Shown in pieces: positions 33,301 through 44,275 of a stretch of 64,000 nucleotides of DNA. The position numbers and the translations under genes were made by a program. The stretch comes from Monocercomonoides exilis PA203 (Eukaryota; Protista; Preaxostyla), in the NCBI GenBank assembly GCA_001643675.2, contig LSRY02000023.1, positions 62,001 through 126,000 on the forward strand. The letters are read 5' to 3'. Position 1 is the stretch's first letter; each line of letters begins with the position of its first letter. The notes under the pieces were generated by a model, which saw only the letters and a list, made by a program, of their open reading frames with translations, was not told the origin of the DNA and ran no database searches.

Positions 33301-35683
33301 TCCCATCCCCAGAAACAACACAATGTTCAAAAGTGCATCCATTTATTGAGGCAGTGCAGGCATCCTCAAGCCCTTCGCTCCACACTGCATTCAGGCATCC
33401 GCCATTCTGCTCGCTCTCAACATCCCAAAAAGAAGCATTGGCAAGAGAAACAGATTTGCAATCCGACAAAGCAATTGCACAGCCTTGCGAAAATGAAAAC
33501 CCAGAGACATTCACAAATTCCATCATTAAAGAGCCTTCTTCAACCTGAATCAAGGATTTTGTTGAGGCCTGATTCGATTGGGCGCTTTTGGTGAAACTGC
33601 ACAGCTCCAACTGAACTGAGCCAGATGAGCTGATTGTGATTGCAGATCGGTTGAACACGCAAGCAAAGGAAATCTTCTTTGCATTCAGTGAGCCATTCCC
33701 AATGGAGATCAAACATTCTGTTGATGAGGCTTCGAGGCACTTTATTGCTGATGCGTTGTTCTCTGCTCCGCTGAGAACGATGTTTCTCCAGTCGATGTCA
33801 ATCACATCTTCTTCAAATTCTTCATTGGCCATAAAAACATTCTGCCCCAAATATGAATTCCATCTTGTCACTCCATATTCCACCGTTTGGCACTCCGAAC
33901 CTGTTCCTCCGCATGTGTCCATATTTCTTCCAGAATTGCTGATGTGTATTTCATGTTGAGGAGCTTGCAGATATGAGTCATAAGCAACGCCTTTATCTCC
34001 GCAGTCCAATGCATATGCAATGCATTGCACGACTTTTCTTGGAGCTGTTGAAAGAGAAAAGCATTCCAATATCTGAATTGTATTTGTCAAGCTAAATCCT
34101 TTTCCAATATAAATATCTGCTGCATGTGTCGATTTATTCACTGTATTGTTTTCAAACAAGCAAAACTGAATTTTCTCTTGCTTATTAAAGATATTTTCGG
34201 AAGTGTCAAAGCCTCCTGCTCCTAATTGCGAATCTCCTTTTAATAAGTAACAATTTGACATCACGAAATCAGTCCTTGGTTCTTGAAGAAAAACTGTTCC
34301 AGCATAAATTGAAATTGCTTTGCTGTTTTTGAAGACAGAGTTGTAAATTGATCCACTTCCTCCAATATACCATGCAACACTTCCTCCAAAAGCTGCTGAA
34401 CAGTTTTCAAAAGAACAGCCAATTATCAGAGAAAAATTATTTGAAAGATGAGTAAACGCTCCTCCAATTGACCATTTTCCTTTTCCGCTACAATTATTAA
34501 ATAGAGAATTTACAATCTCACAATTGCTTTCATCGCTTAAAACGGCACCGCCATATCCATATTGACCATTATATGTATCGGTGCATTCTGAAAATGAGCA
34601 TTTGTCAACAGTGAGCTTTGCTCCGCCTTTAACTGCAATTGCACCACCATGAACAGCGCTGCATTCGGTGAAATTGCAATCTTCGAATTTGATATCACCT
34701 TCTGAAAATGATTGTGCTTCATTCGTGAAGTTCTGATGAGAAATGGTGTTTCTCGAACGAATGAAAGAAGTGTTCGAGGAGCTGAAACCACATCCACGAG
34801 AGCCAGAGATGAGAACACCATAAATTGGACAAACACAATCGGTGACCGTGCATCCTTCGATTTTGCTCTCCTGCAAAGAATGCCTTTGTGGAGAGTTTTT
34901 GTTGCTGCTCCGAGCAGACACATTGTGGAAGCTGCAAAAAGAAGCTGAGGCAAATGACAAATCGACATCGCCAATGAACGGATTCGCAGACGAGGCACAA
35001 AACGAAGAAAAGGTGCAGCTCAAAACACGAACGCTCCCTGTCAATGGCTGTGCGGAGATTCCTGCTGAAACAAGAGATGGCTGCGCTTGCTGCGGAAAGG
35101 GACTTCGGAAAGAAATATTCGCCATTCGTATTGTTCCTCCTGCACACTCAAAAGCAGAGTCTTCTGTTTCTGTCACCACGCTTATCGTGCAGTCACTAAC
35201 GTATAGCAAAGAAAATTCATTTCTCACAGATATCGCACATGTGCCATTTTGGATGATATTTATTCGCTCAACAGCCAACGACGAGTTCAGAACCTTCATC
35301 TGGCTCCAAATCAAGCTCCATTTGTACTTATCATCATTGGCAAGGCCAGCAGGAAATTTATAACAAAATGCCCTCTCTGCATCCACCGGCAATCGTTTTA
35401 AGCGTTTTTCTGTATTTCGTGGCCAGCCAGATGAATCCAAATCCTGCACCACATTAGGCTTCGCCACACTGATTGCATTTGATGTGCGCGAGGATGGTGC
35501 ATTTTTGCGCTTCTCGCTTGTGTCTCCAAGGCTTCCAATGTTATTATCTTGAAAATCGTTCTTTTTGATCGCATCGGCATCGTAGCTCGCTTTTTCATTG
35601 CAGAAAATTGCGTGAAAAACTATAGAAACACAAAAAAGCGTGTAAAGTGTGGTGCATGTTTTTCGTTTGAGACGTAATATCAT
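27314..35683 (-). CDS. Giant receptor-like pseudokinase, copy B (~2789 aa), inverted paralogue of 58..8412
   Basis: Same architecture as copy A; long identical stretches interrupted by divergent patches; 5-aa insertion (KEIEE) in the cytoplasmic tail. Confidence 0.9.
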   Translation of the reverse strand: MILRLKRKTCTTLYTLFCVSIVFHAIFCNEKASYDADAIKKNDFQDNNIGSLGDTSEKRKNAPSSRTSNAISVAKPNVVQDLDSSGWPRNTEKRLKRLPVDAERAFCYKFPAGLANDDKYKWSLIWSQMKVLNSSLAVERINIIQNGTCAISVRNEFSLLYVSDCTISVVTETEDSAFECAGGTIRMANISFRSPFPQQAQPSLVSAGISAQPLTGSVRVLSCTFSSFCASSANPFIGDVDLSFASASFCSFHNVSARSSNKNSPQRHSLQESKIEGCTVTDCVCPIYGVLISGSRGCGFSSSNTSFIRSRNTISHQNFTNEAQSFSEGDIKFEDCNFTECSAVHGGAIAVKGGAKLTVDKCSFSECTDTYNGQYGYGGAVLSDESNCEIVNSLFNNCSGKGKWSIGGAFTHLSNNFSLIIGCSFENCSAAFGGSVAWYIGGSGSIYNSVFKNSKAISIYAGTVFLQEPRTDFVMSNCYLLKGDSQLGAGGFDTSENIFNKQEKIQFCLFENNTVNKSTHAADIYIGKGFSLTNTIQILECFSLSTAPRKVVQCIAYALDCGDKGVAYDSYLQAPQHEIHISNSGRNMDTCGGTGSECQTVEYGVTRWNSYLGQNVFMANEEFEEDVIDIDWRNIVLSGAENNASAIKCLEASSTECLISIGNGSLNAKKISFACVFNRSAITISSSGSVQLELCSFTKSAQSNQASTKSLIQVEEGSLMMEFVNVSGFSFSQGCAIALSDCKSVSLANASFWDVESEQNGGCLNAVWSEGLEDACTASINGCTFEHCVVSGDGNGGGALFLSLKSSCSATITECSFEECEAPFDSQVGFGGGIFLNLEHSDAAFTITAPSFSSEKPNKAKHGNDLFVQSPDLKESITNETLPFAYALGHNSFDSLRGFHGNDREHSIPLVLFFEEVGSTIHVGSEDGADTVVCGFSDYPCQSFDYCTGRLAEENAKAIAVVESVIIESELKQPDLILRSSNASKAGITCAKSLNTLTGKAMTATGNVSIELIRFLLPSSFDSEIETLIFLSSESSLSLTKCAFEMQVGELNQMSYWLFQMSGGSLNMNECLLSSANLQHAPIAVSESTASTPTTAISLNVKNSDIGDQPLIGVIPSSTSKQLNDGTKSDGVVSLSQCSFEGITNGDANSAVLIASSISSHVECLHWNVTNAKGAESMEGGAMKIVIEAESQFMMENATFTKCCAESEAGGKGGGVYFDCSASNAFSFRQMAFDQCSAKHGKNMFFFSSDLNVSITKQSLAFEVSETAGDANLLVGSDSTKTDFDLCRFLIEFASQEIHLSRNSGWDVLRCGSGEEPCATMEYGQKHFRALDEPEQPNMNTFVIIDEVQVDCEVDISDIVLTSTDAESHSALSFGTIISPQAEKPEEGDCVLANNGKCSLMNIEVCCGDGSGWKQTKLISTGGSSFAAQGCSFTSTSDTPIRYCIVACLSGTCELSFCSFQSIKAESHILIASHESSIDWTNVSMSNMELMGKSIVAVLAQAELRGEPQMLNEGDSPRVELKCCTLFSLRQSAPSEPSIISCCGSEPSSVLVQNTSIKSSGSSLSENGGCIAMKLSEGGYFECRFSTISGCFCSATGRGGAMFLDCSSITSDGLLPFLLKNTTFMENKAFRGRDVYVKCANVEAQIGAELFELDFRPPFVREFAMWGCTAPDYADEQDLLLLVVVYQSETIFASSTADNASDSRQCGGMSGPCISVNVALAHVIPSVYSNLLIDKRAAVSGEASACDVSMKSLSAEGERGNIVLNSSIGSKRSSLVSCSSRVKMESLSFLFGSAFSSSHSSLLLLADGNLSIADTTFAQEDWSGSSETRLNCSVILVENGRLSINRCAFVSLHLSSSCVAARGGGQYCAFMDLNISDVNCGELFDFCNLSNLSMLQVLVSSCMFDRSALILRSCKDSQLQKVQIKNAESKASLIVFCSDGSGGHSNIQCSHVELDDIRVSKESLLSVECEDANVEMNFLAICNAMLGEGCAVSVASNASTFRLKQSSYRNVTRDSLGPCCLAASSSSSSSSSSSTLLVELENCTSQKCISSSEKGRIAALTDLTDVNLSSCAFDGAASVQQLGANEDSFENVCRWNGSMIDLQNCSGLMKDSMLTNSENGGLSLSGGSVEIEKGEFMNNNPSIANYGSARRNILCGNSAKLKVASLKGGDGVKDNTSLWILDEGCTLEGIAGERASAFFIPKVESVSSEKSGEKVDVVFIGSVLLPCNLSFKTVAAVGDEEVVEKYSFDESGFISEEEVHGSIPAKTIEGVASEAEVRVCILFGNTDEPSSTDSFVLKNKSETKANGDEKIVEGGKEGKSIWPIIVVIFAVLFLIALVGFIIFVVRWRKQKRRTKELEIIVEDTVKKDPKLIEMMTMEMSPEEQWRRAEREVEEKNEENAKRRMCGKKMAHSESEEYLLSESGSTEYILGKDSDKIPEWMLEKVEEKEIEEEETRKRTPSPSISSTSTTDTSDTDTTFVRSEGLCPTTSSMSNLVDAMACSSPHEKLIVDLRDSLFMLLHGRNEKKEMAIGTLQQREQTAAQILFWVANLALHVFDEMENTLSSLSNLSSLIVLFSEHMVICIALHSDCSSSDDSDSSSVFSSSSIVTSASDCSCANKKGRGSPPPSSAFEDDEDNKLESLRWKAPELLMNKKMGATKKSVAFSIGMMLWECLTLEIPFGEYEAGTAGDKIVNGERPANGAERESSLFECMRSCLSQEAADRPKLMELKREFIQRFPPGAVAVTISDAVDYECFSNCVEGNEESKESDGSDGSDGSDGSSSKTLLVKEK

Positions 35684-35777
35684 GATTAAAAATTTGAATA
35701 TTTTATTTTGTGACATTGATCAAATCTCAATTATGTAGGTTATATATTTAGATCGCTGAAAGATCGTTTGCTTCTCA
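35684..35777. promoter_or_regulatory. Putative 94-bp bidirectional promoter between receptor copy B and GRP94
   Basis: Divergent ATGs at 35683 (-) and 35778 (+); AT-rich, with a TATATATT run near 35741. Confidence 0.5.
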
Positions 35778-38343
35778 ATGTTGAATTTATATTTGATTGC
35801 AACTGTTTTTTTGATCTCGTTACAAGGAGCTGAGTTTGATGTTATTATTAGTAATAACTTTTATTTGTTAACGTATTTCATATTGTTTTATTTACAGAGA
35901 AACAAAAAGCGAAGCAGCAAGCGCGGCAAACTACGAATTTACAACGGATGTGTCAAAAATGATGAAGATTCTTATTAACTCATTGTACTCAAACAAGGAT
36001 ATTTTTCTGCGAGAGTTGATCTCAAATGCTGCTGATGCTCTGAACAAAGTCAGATTCCAAGCGCTCACAGACAAGGACATTCTTGGAGAAGGTGACAACG
36101 CAAAACTTGATATTCGCATTATTCCAGACCCAGAAGAAAACACAATCGCTGTTGTTGATCGTGGAATTGGAATGAACGAAACAGAATTAATTCAGAACCT
36201 TGGAACGATTGCGCATTCAGGAACTCAACGTTTTCTGGACGGAGTTGAAAATGGTACTTCTGCTGTAGATCTTATTGGGCAGTTTGGTGTTGGGTTTTAT
36301 TCATCGTTTTTGGTTGCTGACAAAGTTGTTGTGACTTCAAAGAGAAAAGGAGATAAACAGCATGTTTGGGTCTCAGATAATGCACAATCTTTTGAAGTTT
36401 ATCCGGATACAAGCGGAACAGATTTATTCCGTGGAACAAAGGTTGTTCTTCATCTTCGTGATGAAACATATTCAGATGCAAAGAAAATTAAGGAACTTGC
36501 TTTGCATTATTCAGAATTTGTTGATTTCCCTATTTATGTTCGAATGGAAAGAGATATGAACGATCCTGAAGCTCAGAAGCGGGCTGCCAAACAGGAGGAA
36601 GAGGAGGAGGAAGATGAAGACGAAGAAAAGCCTCGCGGAGAAACTTCGTATACAACCGAAGAAGGAAAAGTTTATGATTTTGTTCACGTCAACCCGAGGA
36701 AAGCAATCTGGTTGAGAGACCCAAAGACAGTGTCTGAATCTGATTATGTGGAATTCTTCCGTTCTTTAACACGAGATTACACAGGCAATCCCCTGACCTG
36801 GACTCATTTCAGCGCTGAGGGGGATGTTGGATTCAGGTCAATTTTATACATCCCAGAAGACATGCCGCCAGTTGACACTTCTGACAATGCGAAAAACAGT
36901 GCAGTGAAGTTGTATGTGCACCGTGTGCTGATTACCGAAGAATTTGATGCGTTTATACCACGATACTTGGCGTTTGTGCGTGGTCTTGTGGATTCTGACG
37001 ATCTTCAGCTGAACGTGTCTCGAGAGACCCTTCAGGAGTCAAAGACTCTTCGACAGATTGGAAAGAAAGTTGTACGGAAGATTATCCAGATGATTTCTGA
37101 GATGGCAGAGAAAGCAGAAAGTGAGGGAGATCCATCTTACGAGAAGTTCTACCGGACATATCACAGGTTCCTGAAGATGGGTGTGATGGAAGACATTCCA
37201 AACAGACGACGTTTGGCGCGTCTGCTTCGCTTCAACACGACAAAATCAGAGAAGACGCCAATTTCACTGGATGACTATTTGGAGAGAATGCGCCCTGGGC
37301 AGAGCGATTTCTTCTACATTGCAGGCGATCCTGCGACCTCGAACATCCAACAGTCGCCATTTTTGATTCCGTACAAGAAAAGAGGATTGGAAGTGCTGTT
37401 TCTGTCGGATCCAGTTGATGAGATGGTTGTGCGGGAGATGAAAGAATACGACAAGAAGTTGTTCATTTGTGTGACACAGGTAGAGAAGAAAGCTTTGACA
37501 ACTGAGTCTGAATTTGAGCGCGAGAAATTGAAGCAGTGGAAGAAGAGATTTAAGCCTCTTGTGAACTTCTTCAAGGAAGCGCTTGGAGAGAAAGTTGAAA
37601 GAGTCGAAGTTTCAACTCGTCTGGCTGCTGATGCACGGACACCGTGTGTGCTGGCGCATGTTGAAGGATCAGCCTCGGCCAACATGGAAAGATACACTAG
37701 AGCACAAAACAGAGCCGATCCACGTTTTTATGTACACGAATCGCGCAAAGTGTTGGAGATTAACCCGACGAACAATCTGATCAAGAGAATGAATGTTGCT
37801 GTGCAGCAAGTTGAGGCACAGGGCATTGATGGGCCAGACTTTGATGAGGAACTGGAAGAGAGAGACGCAGCAGATGAAGAACTCGAAGGCAATCGGAAGA
37901 AGCTGGAGACGATGGCACTTCTGCTGTATGACACAGCTGTGTTTGAGTCAGGCTATATTATTGGAGATTCCAATGCATATGCAGCAAATGTGTATGATGT
38001 ACTGACAAGAATGACAGGACTGCCAAATGCCCCAGTCAAATCAGATGAGCATCTGGCAAAGGAGCAAGCAAAAGATGTGGATGACGAACCAGAGAAGAAA
38101 GAGAGTGCAAAGGAAGCAGAGGGAGAAGAAGAAGAAGATGATGAGGAAGAAGAAAAGAAAGAAGATGATATTGTTGAGAGTGAGGAACAAGAAGAGCAGG
38201 AAGAGGCTCGCTTGAGAGAGGAGAGGAGACAAAAGAAGAAGAAAGAGGAAGAGGAAAAGAAGAAAGAAAAAGAAGAGAAGAAGAAAGATGACAAAAAAGA
38301 AGACAAAAAAGAAGCGAAAGAAGAAGCAAAGGAAGAACTGTGA
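35778..38343 (+). CDS. HSP90B1: ER Hsp90 (GRP94/endoplasmin); join(35778..35833,35898..38343)
   Basis: Hsp90 signatures YSNKDIFLRELISNAADAL, LGTIAHSGT, IGQFGVGFYS, KLYVHRV, VDSDDLQLNVSRE and LEINP. Signal peptide in exon 1; 64-nt phase-2 intron GTTTGA..CAG; acidic tail ending KEEL (KDEL-like). Confidence 0.95.
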
Positions 38344-38779
38344 GTTTATCACGTAATTATTTCTTCTATTCTATCTATCAGCTTTGTTTTGATTGCTAAC
38401 CATTCCATCCATTCAGAATCTCTTTGCGTAAATACTCCCTGTTTTTTTGAGTTTATGTTGCTTTAATCCCTATTTTATCTTATAACATAATGCTAATATC
38501 TTCTGAGAATTCGCTTTTTTTTTTTTTTTAACTGGAAAAATCTTTTTATAAAATAGAAAAGAATATTATATATAAATGCATTAAAATATCACGATTTCTC
38601 AATGAAATTCACTTTATACAATTGTTCACAGCTTTCTTTCTTTTTGTTGTTGTTGTTATTGGGAATAAAGAAATCATAATAATAAATACACCTTTCATTT
38701 TTTGATTTTTCTGAATTGATGAATACTTTACTTTATATTTATGATAAGATGAAATGATTATTTTGTGTGAAGTGAGCAT

Positions 38780-41162
38780 TCAAGTGCAGAGCATCAAGAA
38801 TGTCCCCCTCTTCGAAAGCGACACCTCCATCTGTTGTTCAGCGTCCGCCTTCTTTTCATCTCCCGCATCTGCTTTCTCCTTCGTCTCTTCTTCTATCTTT
38901 TCCTCTTCCTTTTCCTCTTCCTTCTTCCCTTTATACTTCTGCTGCTTCTGGTTCATCTTCTGGTTCATCTTCCTCTTCTTCTGAGCATTCTGCCCTTGTT
39001 GATTCTGTGAGTTATGCAGTGACTGAATGAATGAAGGATTGGCTGGATTCGGCCCAGCAATCAGAATGAACAGCGACTGTGGCGGGAGAGTGTTGTAGAG
39101 GAGCTCAAGATAGCCATCAAGGAGCGTCTTATCCAACTCGGTGTGTGGCGCAACTGAAGAAGAAGAAGATGATGATGATGATGATGATGAAGTGGCTGAT
39201 GTAGGTGGTGGAGAAGTTGAAGAAGGAGGAGGTGTATTTTGTGCTGTGTTGAATGAGAAATGTGCCGATGGATTTGTGACAGCATTCTGGTTCCATCCAT
39301 CCAAATGCACAAAAATGCATTGCGGCGGGTCAGAAGCACTTTTCGTGTTCTGTGTGAGCGCATTCTGCATCGTCTTGATGGCACACGATACACAATCTTC
39401 GTCGTTCTTCAGGTTCTTCACCACTTTGAAGCTGCCCACAAACTTCTCTTCCATCCCTCTTTTCGCTGCACTTTCTGCTTTCTGCTTGTCTGCACTCGAT
39501 CTGACTTCAACGATTTCACTCGCTTTGGCCATTCCTTTTGACACTTCTTCTTCCATCTGCTTCTTCCGCAGCGCCAACTTCCTCTGTGTTTTCGAGGGGT
39601 ACTCAACACCATCCAAAATGTACACTTTTTTGTTCTTCTGTTTGGAGGAATTTGTTTCTCCTTCATTCGAATCTGACTTTGCATTAGATGCGCTTTCAGT
39701 CTGCTTTGAAGCTGTTTTGTCTGACGCAATTTCTTGCTTTTCTTTCTTTTCTGTAGTATTTTCTTCATTTTTCTGTTTGGCTTCTTCTTTTGCGCTTGTT
39801 GCAGCTACTCCAATGTCTTCTGCATCATCTTCATCTTTTCCTTTTTTCGCTTTATTCTTTTTCTTCCCTTCTTTGTTTTTATTTTTGCCTTGGTTCGATT
39901 CTTGTTTATTCTCCTTTGTTTGAACGGAATCTTTAACTTCTTCTTCTTTCTTCACTTTCTCCTTTTCTTTCTCTTTCTCTTTCTCTTTCGTCTTTTCAGC
40001 GCGTGTCTGTGTTTTCTTCTCCTTCAGATGCTTTTCAGCACCGAGTGCATTCACAAAGGCATCCGATGCAATCAAAGTGGTGTCGCATTCAATCGAAGCG
40101 ACTTGGAACAAAGAGACAGAAGTCAGATTCTGCAGAGGAAGAGGCTTGGGCAATGGCGGAATGAAAAGCTGTGGGCAGTTGAGTGGATCAGATTGAAGTG
40201 AAGAAGAAGAAGAAAGTGAAGAAGATTGTGCAGATGCTGTATCAACCTCCATCTTCTCATCTCTCTCATTCTTTGCCTTGAACACCTCACTCCCCACCCA
40301 CCTCTCTGACGTGACAGGATGTACCCACTCTTCTCTCGTGTCCTCCAACATGCCTGCGCCGCTGCTCTGCTTCAGCTGCTCTGCCTTCGCCAGCACCAGC
40401 CGCAGCGTCGCCAGCGCATCCTCTGCTGAGTCGTGCACTTCGCCCTGGATGTCGTAATGGAGGATGCTTTTCGTGAGGCTCCGGAGAGAGTTCTTGTATT
40501 GGCCTGGAAATTGATAGATTAAATAAAAAGAAAGATGGATGAAGATTGAAATATTTGAATTTTTAAATAAAAGATAATATTATTAATCACAGACTTTATT
40601 AAAAAAACTTTAAAAAATAGCAGTATTAAAATAAAATATTTATATAAGAAAATAGTTTATGCTCATAATGATGTTTTAAAAAAATTGCATAAGCAGCAAA
40701 AAGCACATTGAGAAATGAAGCAAACGTTGTTTGTGTGGATAGAGCACCGATGTGTCTATCACCAAGTCATGCACAATTCTCAGTGCTTTCAAGTCGTTCT
40801 CGACCGAATGGCCGATGAGAATGGTGGTTGGGAAGAGGAAGTTGTCCAATATCTCCCTCTGCACATCCTCTCTCCTTTTCGTCACTGGGCTCAGAATCTC
40901 CTCAGTGATCCCCGAGAACCGTGTGTGGTAGTCAACCACAGGCGCCACTGGCTTGCAGAACGAGTCGTACAAAATGGCCCCTTCAGTCGAGACGAGCGTG
41001 GCGCGGGCGAGCTCCAGGAAGCCAGTGGTGGTTGACACCATCTCACAGTCGAGCGATAGAATTGAGTGAAATGGATGAGAAGAATTTAATGAAGAAGAAT
41101 TTAATGAAGAAGAAGAAGAAGAAGAAGAAGAAGAAGAAGAAGAAGAAGAAGAAGAAGAAGAA

Positions 41163-41195
<33 letters not shown>

Positions 41196-42706
41196 TTTGA
41201 TTGAGACAGCAGCGCCTGTCTTCTCTTCGCATTGTGATATGCTGTGACTGAAATGTATTCTTTGGACTCTCCGTCCGAAACATGGCTTCTTTCTGGCACT
41301 TTCACCTCGCCACTCGCTTGCTTCTCCCCTTCTTTCTTTTCTCCTTCCTTTTTCTGTTCAATGCCTCCTTCTTTGCTCTCTTCTTTCTCATCAGAACTTT
41401 TCGCGTCTGCTTTTTTCTTGTGTTTATCTGCTTTTTCATTCGACTTAACCAAAATGTCAAGTGACGAACTTGTTTCTTCATCGGATTCATTTTCTTCCTC
41501 TTTCTTCTTCTTTTCTTCTCTTTCCATTCTTTCTTCTTCTTCTTCTTCTTCCTTCTCTTTCTCTTTCTCTTTCTCTTTCTCTTTCTCTTTCTCTTTCTCT
41601 TTCTCTTTCTTGTCTGATATCCTCTCTTCCACATTCCTCTCCACCCACTTCCCTTCAGCCCACTCTCCAGGATTAAACCCTTCTTCTTTCTCTTCTTGCA
41701 TCTTTTTCTGCAGTGTGGCTACTTCCTGCTCCTCCGACGCTGCCTCATCTGTCGGAAGAAGAATCATTATGCGCTTTTCAGCAGCCAGCAGCGGATCAAC
41801 AGTCGGATCTGGAAGGACAGCCTCTTCCATCTCTGTTCGGAGTCGTAGAAAATCTGCCTTTGCCTTCGCCTGTTCTTCATCAGAAGGCGAGATGCTTTCT
41901 TCAGGAAGATAGCACGCAACAGGAAATCCATTGTTAATCATTTCTCGCTTTGTCAACAGAAACTTTTCCATCTTCCTACGCAAGTTATCTCTCCAAGAAC
42001 CAACGCTCCACCATCCTTCCTTTCTTAAAGGAGGTGGGTTGTGTAGCAATCTTGTAATGGGATCGTCAAGACACTCCCCTTGCAATGCCGCATCATTCAG
42101 CAAAGGAATAACTGGCTCAATTTGCTTTCCAGATAATGAAAAAAGATCTCTTTCAAACACTGTGGGGTTTGAAACATATCCGCTTTTTGCCAAAATTGGA
42201 AGGGAAGCCGCTATACGATGGGTCAATATTGCCCAGTTTGATGCATCTTGATTTGTAATGAAAGGATTTTGAGAAATATCACAATTTAAAATTGGAAAAG
42301 TGCTTGATGGGTAAAAAAATTCTTGAGTCAAGCAAGGAGCATCAACTATCATTATGAATTTATATCTGTTAATTAATGGAATATAGATCCAAGGGCATTG
42401 AGGCATCTCTTTCACGAGCAATGAAATTAACAAGATTTGAAGACTCTGAAACAAATATCAAACCAAGAAATGCAGCATTACAAATAGCATTAACTCAATG
42501 CAAACGTTTATTGAAAGGGCATCTCTTTCACATTCCAAAAATTCTTGAAAATTGATAGCAATGGAATCAAACTTTTGATTCTTTCGAACTTTTCGTCCTT
42601 GTAAGTTTTGCTTCAGTATATTCTCTAATTGGCAGTATTGAGTTATTAATTTTTGATTCAACATCCCAAGTTTGCGGATGGCCACTTCTCCTTTTCTCAT
42701 TGCCAT
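38780..42706 (-). CDS. DEDDh RNA exonuclease, REX1/REXO-like (~1214 aa); complement(join(38780..40503,40726..42445,42506..42706))
   Basis: ExoI LDCEMV, DYHTRFSGI, ExoII LIGHSVENDLKAL, IDTSVLY, ExoIII HDSAEDA. Two GTTTG..CAG introns (222 and 60 nt) join the three ORFs in frame. Poly-Ser and KE low-complexity inserts. Confidence 0.9.
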
Positions 42707-43255
42707 TGAAAAAAATTATCTACCCATAGCAAATTTTCTTAAATAATTTTTATATTTTTCATCAAGTTTCATTTTTGTAAATTAGAGTCAAGAAAAAAGG
42801 AAAGGAAATTTTTTTATAATGAAAGAATCTTTTCAGCAAGAAACTAATTATATATGCTTTGAATGAAAAATTTTTTGAGAGCCTAAATTCATTGAAAAAC
42901 AATTTGAGAATGATAATGTGTGGCTAAAGTCTTGCATTAATGAAAAAAACAACCATTTGTTCCAATCTTTTTCCACAACTTAATCATGATAAATCTTTCA
43001 TTCACGTGTCAAAAAAAACAAATGAAAATTTCCAAAACTGAGAAAAATAAAAAAATGAAAAGAATGGAACAAAATTCAAAAAGCTAGAATATATCGTCAC
43101 ACACTTGAAATTATTTTCATGTAAAAGAGGATTGTTTATTCTTTAGAATTAAATGCTCCTTTTATTACAAGGAAATGCTTTTCGAAAAAAAATATATATG
43201 ATAACAAACTTGTTAAAGAGAGAAGATTTTGATATTTTTTATTTTTTTTTTATTT

Positions 43256-43513
43256 GGGTGATTATTTTTAAAATCATAAAAATTTTCGGTACGTTTATAA
43301 CTTTGAAAATTCAACATCATTTGCCAAATAATTATTTTTTGAAAGGAAATTGTTTTTCAATCGCTTCAAAAGCTAATAGTTGATGAAAAAGAAAAACAAA
43401 GATGTTTTTGATTGGAGTCATCACTTTTCTGTGTTCATTAATAATATTTCAAAAACATAATTAAGAAACCGAAATTTTTGATCCAAAAAATTTGATTACA
43501 AAAATTATCACCG
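43256..43513. mobile_element. MITE family 2, copy A (258 bp)
   Basis: TIR GGGTGATTATTTTTAAAATCATA / TTTGATTACAAAAATTATCACCG; ATTT on both flanks. Confidence 0.7.
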
Positions 43514-43659
43514 ATTTATTTATTAATTTTTCTTGTTTTTTTTAATTTCACATTCTTTATTATTCAATTATCAAATTTGGTTATCTTGATACTTTCGGTT
43601 GATCATATTGTTTATTTTGGTTATTTTTTATATAAATTCTTTTTGTTAAATATTTAGAT

Positions 43660-43926
43660 GTGGGAAAATACGGACTTTCAAGCTTTTTTTGCACAAAGCA
43701 CAAAAAAATAGTTTCACTCATAACTTTGTTTCGCTTTCTCAGATTTCAAAATAAATTTGATTTTAAAATCAGAAAATAGGTATCGTTGAAATCAAAACAG
43801 AGAGTTTTGCAACATTTCACTAATGTTAAAAATAGACATATTTTTATTGTGTTTTTTTATCTCAAAAAGTCAATGAAAAGTTTTAACTTTTTCAATGAAA
43901 ATGCCCGAAGTCAAATATTTTGCCCC
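43660..43926 (+). mobile_element. MITE family 1, copy 1 (267 bp)
   Basis: Near-identical inverted copy at 60392-60658; imperfect TIRs G(T)GGGAAAATACGGACTT / AAGTCAAATATTTTGCCCC; flanks AGAT/ATAT. Confidence 0.75.
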
Positions 43927-44021
43927 ATATGCTCTCACATTTCGCTTCAAATTCTTGTTCAATTCTTTTTCATTTCAGAATTTAACAAAAATGAACAAAA
44001 CTTGAAACCCGGGTTTCATAT

Positions 44022-44275
44022 GGGTGATTATTTTTGAAAAAAATTTTTTTCGAAGAAAAATTTGGTATGAAATTGTTGTTTTGAATTTTGTCAATGAACA
44101 CAGAAAAGAAATAACTTTCACAAAAATTATCTCTGTCTTTCTTTCTTATCAAACAATGTCTTTTGATTCGATAAAATGAATAAAACATTTCAACAAATGT
44201 TTTATTTTCGAATTCATATAACTTTCTTAATTATCCACACATCGAAAAAAGTTATGATTTCAAAAATAATTACCC
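44022..44275. mobile_element. MITE family 2, copy B (254 bp)
   Basis: GGGTGATTATTTTTGAAA ... TATGATTTCAAAAATAATTACCC; ATAT on both flanks. Interior motif AATGAACACAGAAAAG is the reverse complement of one in copy A. Confidence 0.75.

Larger units (their letters stand above)
19800..35740 (-). repeat. Right arm of the ~35.7-kb inverted repeat
   Basis: Begins tgaatcaaaa at 19800. Its distal end (35684-35740) still aligns, with several mismatches, to bases 1-57. Confidence 0.97.

Noticed and set aside
41104-41610. (GAA)n(GAT)n and (CTCTTT)n arrays as CRISPR-like or regulatory repeats
   Set aside because: Simple coding microsatellites (poly-Ser, KE repeats) with no spacers; eukaryotic context.
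44003-44018. Perfect 16-bp palindrome TGAAACCCGGGTTTCA
   Set aside because: Single occurrence with no supporting context.
43786-44037. Duplicated small ORF MKSKQRVLQHF (also 60167-60532)
   Set aside because: Starts at TTG inside the 267-bp MITE and diverges at the element edge; not a gene.
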